Source of the DNA: Candidatus Cloacimonadales bacterium
Lineage (GTDB): Bacteria > Cloacimonadota > Cloacimonadia > Cloacimonadales > JAFGVF01
Direction of reading: 5' to 3'
NCBI GenBank assembly: GCA_963663475.2
Contig: CAXXJV010000001.1
Span: 2,304,001 to 2,368,000 of the forward strand
Length of the DNA stretch: 64,000 nt
The notes beneath the pieces were generated by a model. That model worked only from the letters and a program-made list of their open reading frames with translations. It did not search any database and was not told where the DNA came from. The position numbers were made by a program, and so were the translations under genes. Positions 60,130 through 64,000 of this stretch are shown here, piece by piece. Position 1 is the first letter of the stretch. Every line of letters begins with the position of its first letter.

Positions 60130-62101
60130 TCTTATTCTCCTTTTCGATTAAATAACCAAACTCCAATCCCCAGGGATTGACAACTAAATCATTTGTATGC
60201 AAAACATTGTTAAATGCTTGCAAAATAGCTAAAGATATATAAAAAATACTTTCATTTAGTTTTTTACCATTATAATCATGGTAATTATATTTTGATTTAT
60301 GATTTATCATATCATGCAGAGTAAACATAAAATCCTGCAAATCATAATTTTTTAATTCATAGAAGTGTTCATAATGTGTCTTACCTTCATAGATACAAGA
60401 TAAATTCTGAAAAACCTTTCCTACTCCATAGATACATGAACCTTCTTTTATTGGGAAATTATTATCATTAATCAGTTCTTCTATCTCCTGTTGAATTATT
60501 TCTGAAATTTGCTCAAAGTTATAACGTGAGTCTTTAAATCTTTGATAATAAATGAGAATACCGAGCGGTAAACTTAATAGTTCAATAATCTCTCCTTGTT
60601 TTATTAAGGATATCTCTGTAGATGAACCTCCAATATCAAGGTTATAAAAATCACAATTATTATTATCAACATTCAGAGATGAAATAACACCTAATTTTGC
60701 TTCTCTGTTAGGAGAAATCACTTCCCAGATTACACTATATTTTCTATTAATTTTTTCTTCAAATTGGCTGAAGTTCTGTGATATTCTTCCAATATTAGTT
60801 ACGAGGATATGTGGAATAATACCTGAAGCCTTACATAAATCTAGTTGGATAGATAATTCTCTTACCGCTTTAGTCATAGATTTCTGATTTATAAGTCCCT
60901 GATCAATATTTAAGCCTATACCTGTAATTCTAATATCATAATAGATAACTTGATGTTTGTCATTATCTAAAGAGTAAATTAAAAGTGTAGAATTGTTAGT
61001 ACCAAAATCAATCACAGCCCCTAGATTTGATGATTTTTCTTGCAAATATGAAGATATGATAGCTAAGCCAATTTCATTATTCTTTAAAGCAAATCTAGGA
61101 CTATAATATTTATCTATCTTCTCTTTAGGAAGATAAATATCTATCTTATCGTCTAATAATTGAAAATGCTGACTATGAGGATAATTCTTTAATTCCTCAA
61201 CCAAAGGTCTGTCTTCAGGAAAATTGTCTCTAGTAGCGTAACAAAGATATGTTCCTGCAGCACAAGTCTCGGCTAAAGTACTATACCCTACCTTAGTAAT
61301 TACTAGATCACATGAAGCGATAAGAAGTGAATAATCATAATCTCTAGGAAGTAAAACTATATTATCAGCCTGGCCAATTGGTGAGTTTGTTAGGAAAACA
61401 TAGTCTTTATTACTAGTTAGGTTTTCAAAATATGATATATCAGACATAATCCCACCAAAGGTTATTAGAGCCAGCTTTTTACTCTTATCAATATTAAATT
61501 GCCTACAAATCTCATCCCTATTAGCTTGAGAACTTTTAGCTAAATTTCCACATTTTACCTGATTGGGTAAAGCTTCCACACTTTTATCATTTGAAAAAGG
61601 AAGAATAAAGGATTTATTACACAGCTGGTATATCTTCTTAATTTCATTAATAATATTTTTAATCTTGCTAGGAGTTTGGTCATTTACTAGTTCTACATAA
61701 TTAAAATACCAATCAAAATTTGTTATAGCATAGACAGGGATTCCAGATCTTTTAGCTGCTAAAATTGGTAAAAAAGGTATATCTACAATTACTAAATCAA
61801 TGGAATTTGACTTTAAGAAATCTTCTTCTAAATCAACAATCCTATCTTTATTTTCCCATAGGTTAGTTAGTTCTTGATAAGTTTGCGAAATTGAAGGTAC
61901 TTTCCATGATTCTTGAATCATACCTGTATCTGTTTTTCTCTCTATTAAATGGCAAAAAGATCCCTCTTTTGGAAAAAGAAATTTTGGTCTATCTGTAATA
62001 ATATAACAATCACAACCATATTTAATTAAAACTTGAGTAAGAGCTGAAACTCTACTCGCGTGGCCAAATCCATGGGATGTAACATAAACTGCTATTTTCA
62101 T
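60119..62101 (-). CDS. GT-B glycosyltransferase-like domain fused to Ppx/GppA-like phosphatase domain
   Basis: N-terminal SHGFGHASR, NFDW, TKVGYSTLAE; C-terminal IDFGTNN, IS..REA, DIGGSSTE, LPLG. Confidence 0.8.
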   Translation of the reverse strand: MKIAVYVTSHGFGHASRVSALTQVLIKYGCDCYIITDRPKFLFPKEGSFCHLIERKTDTGMIQESWKVPSISQTYQELTNLWENKDRIVDLEEDFLKSNSIDLVIVDIPFLPILAAKRSGIPVYAITNFDWYFNYVELVNDQTPSKIKNIINEIKKIYQLCNKSFILPFSNDKSVEALPNQVKCGNLAKSSQANRDEICRQFNIDKSKKLALITFGGIMSDISYFENLTSNKDYVFLTNSPIGQADNIVLLPRDYDYSLLIASCDLVITKVGYSTLAETCAAGTYLCYATRDNFPEDRPLVEELKNYPHSQHFQLLDDKIDIYLPKEKIDKYYSPRFALKNNEIGLAIISSYLQEKSSNLGAVIDFGTNNSTLLIYSLDNDKHQVIYYDIRITGIGLNIDQGLINQKSMTKAVRELSIQLDLCKASGIIPHILVTNIGRISQNFSQFEEKINRKYSVIWEVISPNREAKLGVISSLNVDNNNCDFYNLDIGGSSTEISLIKQGEIIELLSLPLGILIYYQRFKDSRYNFEQISEIIQQEIEELINDNNFPIKEGSCIYGVGKVFQNLSCIYEGKTHYEHFYELKNYDLQDFMFTLHDMINHKSKYNYHDYNGKKLNESIFYISLAILQAFNNVLHTNDLVVNPWGLEFGYLIEKENKNEV

Positions 62102-63024
62102 AATAACTTTATCTCTTTTGCTATTTCACAAGCTAGTAAAACATTATTTTTCACTAGCTCAATATTTGTATCTAATGAATGTCCTTTAGTTAATTCGTAT
62201 AATCTTTGCAAGAGGTATGGAGTTACTTCTTTTCCTTTGATTCCTAAATCTACTATTTCTGCTAAGGCTTTTTGAATCACAATTTCTATATCTTCTGCTG
62301 GAATTTCATATTCTTGAGGAATAGGATTACCAACCAGAAATCCTGATTTTAATGATAGGTCTTTATGACTATGCCACATTAAGGCAATATCCTTTGCAGT
62401 ATCTACTTGACGTACTTTATTTCCACTTTTTGAGCTATAAAATGCTGGGAAATCAGAAGTTTTATAAGCTACAACAGGGACAGAATAAGAATCTAAAACT
62501 TCTAAAGTTTTTGGTATATCCAATATAGCTTTTGCTCCAGCTGATACAACTATGACATCATTATTCTTCAAAGAATTAAGATCAGCTGAGATATCCCAAC
62601 TTTCGGTAACCCCCCTATGAACACCACCAATACCTCCAGTAGCAAAAACTTCTAAGCCAGCTAATTTTGCTAGATAGGAAGTGGCAGCAACAGTAGTTCC
62701 TCCACTTTTTTCTTTAGCTAAACAATAACTTAAATCAGCTATTGATATCTTTTCTACTTGGCTAGTTAATTTGCTAAGTTCAAGTAACTTATCTGAGCTT
62801 AATCCAATTTGTATTTTGCCTTTATATAAGGCAATTGTAGCTGGAGTTACACCTTTATCTCTACAAAGATCTTCTAACATAGAAGCAGTTTCATAGTTTT
62901 GGGGATAAGGCATTCCATGGGTAATGATAGTTGACTCTAAAGCAAGTATTGCCTTATTGTCTGCAAAGGCTTGCTTAACCTCAGGAGAGAATTCAAAATA
63001 CTTCATATATAACTTGTCTTGCAT
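62098..63024 (-). CDS. psuG: Pseudouridine-5'-phosphate glycosidase
   Basis: ALESTIITHGMPYPQN, TTVAAT, FATGGIGGVHRG, DISADL, GAKAILD, GKEVTPYLL. Confidence 0.95.
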   Translation of the reverse strand: MQDKLYMKYFEFSPEVKQAFADNKAILALESTIITHGMPYPQNYETASMLEDLCRDKGVTPATIALYKGKIQIGLSSDKLLELSKLTSQVEKISIADLSYCLAKEKSGGTTVAATSYLAKLAGLEVFATGGIGGVHRGVTESWDISADLNSLKNNDVIVVSAGAKAILDIPKTLEVLDSYSVPVVAYKTSDFPAFYSSKSGNKVRQVDTAKDIALMWHSHKDLSLKSGFLVGNPIPQEYEIPAEDIEIVIQKALAEIVDLGIKGKEVTPYLLQRLYELTKGHSLDTNIELVKNNVLLACEIAKEIKLL

Positions 63025-63036
63025 TAACTACCTCTC

Positions 63037-63999
63037 CTACTTATTTATGTTAATACTTGTTGGAAAGAGCACTTCATCAACTAAGTTACCCTTATCTATC
63101 TCAATAAATGATTCTCCATCAAATTCTAGTATAACCCATGATGGACTAGTATAATCAAAAATAGCTTGAATATTACCTATCTCTTCATCACTATTCCATA
63201 ACCAAAAGGAAACTGACTTATTGATGTTAAAAGGATTTTGAGTATTTAAAATTAAAGAATATTTCTCTTTATCGAAAGTTCTTCCTTGGTATGAGAATTT
63301 ATTTTTTCCAAACTCGAAGCTAGGAGGCAAATAAGCTTCTACTTGTTCAAAGATTGGGTTCTTATAAAACTCACCAATGTAGAGAATAGACTTTTCTTCC
63401 CAATTAATATCTTTCAAACTTGATAATGGCATCATATCAAGAATAACTCCATTGCTCCTGAGAGTGTTGCCTATTGTATAGATATCAGTGAAATGTTCAT
63501 TATCAGAAGGAACAATTAAAATTGGTTTCTCTAAAAAAGTCCTTTTTAAATTAAAGATATGATCTTTATTATCTAAATATCTATAAAGTTTATATTCGGG
63601 ATCTAATTCTATTTTAGTAGCTTCAAAATTGAATTCTAAAACAGTTTCTTCTTTGTTAATTTTATAAGCTGTCTGAACAAAATTACTATCATTAGAAAGC
63701 TTGATATCTATGTTAAAATTACTTTTATCAGCTAGGGAACTGATTATTTTAAAACGTGTTTTTGTGCCCTCAGATTCAGCATTTCTTATATAAACTTTAG
63801 GAGGAATAACTTCATCTAACATGTTTTTAATTTCTGAAACACCTGTTTTTTCTGCAAGAAGATTAAAGAAGTCAAATCCAGAAAGACTTTCATTGCTAGC
63901 TAGAATATCTCTAATAGCTGCAAAAAATCTAGTCTCTCCTGATTTATTGTAAGCGTAATATAATATCATGCCTCCAATCTTATATCCATTTACAGCAGC
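63037..63999 (-). CDS. C-terminal part of a probable M1 aminopeptidase-like protein, truncated at window edge
   Basis: Frame is open upstream of the ATG at 63969 (AAVNGYKIGGMILYY, resembling the M1 GYxKGxM motif); LDPEYKLYR motif; no HEXXH visible in the window. Confidence 0.55.
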   Translation of the reverse strand, partial: AAVNGYKIGGMILYYAYNKSGETRFFAAIRDILASNESLSGFDFFNLLAEKTGVSEIKNMLDEVIPPKVYIRNAESEGTKTRFKIISSLADKSNFNIDIKLSNDSNFVQTAYKINKEETVLEFNFEATKIELDPEYKLYRYLDNKDHIFNLKRTFLEKPILIVPSDNEHFTDIYTIGNTLRSNGVILDMMPLSSLKDINWEEKSILYIGEFYKNPIFEQVEAYLPPSFEFGKNKFSYQGRTFDKEKYSLILNTQNPFNINKSVSFWLWNSDEEIGNIQAIFDYTSPSWVILEFDGESFIEIDKGNLVDEVLFPTSININK

Positions 64000-64000
64000 G

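Noticed and set aside
30068-63154. Other short antisense or off-frame ORFs (30068, 32618, 35989, 43001, 43820, 46171, 47098, 48221, 50529, 50790, 55314, 62060, 62924)
   Set aside because: All overlap well-supported genes
63969-63975. ATG at 63969 with GGAGG as a true gene start
   Set aside because: The frame stays open to the window edge and the upstream codons continue an M1-like motif, so it is probably an internal Met

Overview
AT-rich bacterial chromosomal window, probably Candidatus Cloacimonadota. This is inferred from secreted proteins ending in a YPNPFNP...YNL(K/R)GQKV FlgD/T9SS-like domain, a 7/5-fold tRNA-Sec and hnd-type genes. The left half holds the 3' end of a class III fructose-1,6-bisphosphatase, a VOC-nitroreductase fusion, a STAND-type dual cyclase/TPR gene and a 23-kb gene for a 7668-aa modular surface protein. 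That protein's C-terminal beta-helix carries nine near-invariant TNIRVRHTTNTSR motifs encoded by divergent synonymous codons. The middle holds ettA, an M14 carboxypeptidase, rel and a long minus-strand run: hndA, kinase-like ATPase, Cys-less hndB, hndC, selC, selA, selB, dnaX, GT2, udk, PHP, hypothetical, folA, GH73, hypothetical. The right part holds a 1300-aa secreted protein, an intact IS21 (5-bp CCTAA duplication) inserted in a REP/REPIN-like element, and aminotransferase, dapD, patB, a GT-Ppx fusion, psuG and a truncated M1-like gene. Two dispersed non-coding palindromic families each occur three times. No CRISPR-Cas, reverse transcriptase or prophage is seen. All calls come from motif recognition by eye; no searches were run.
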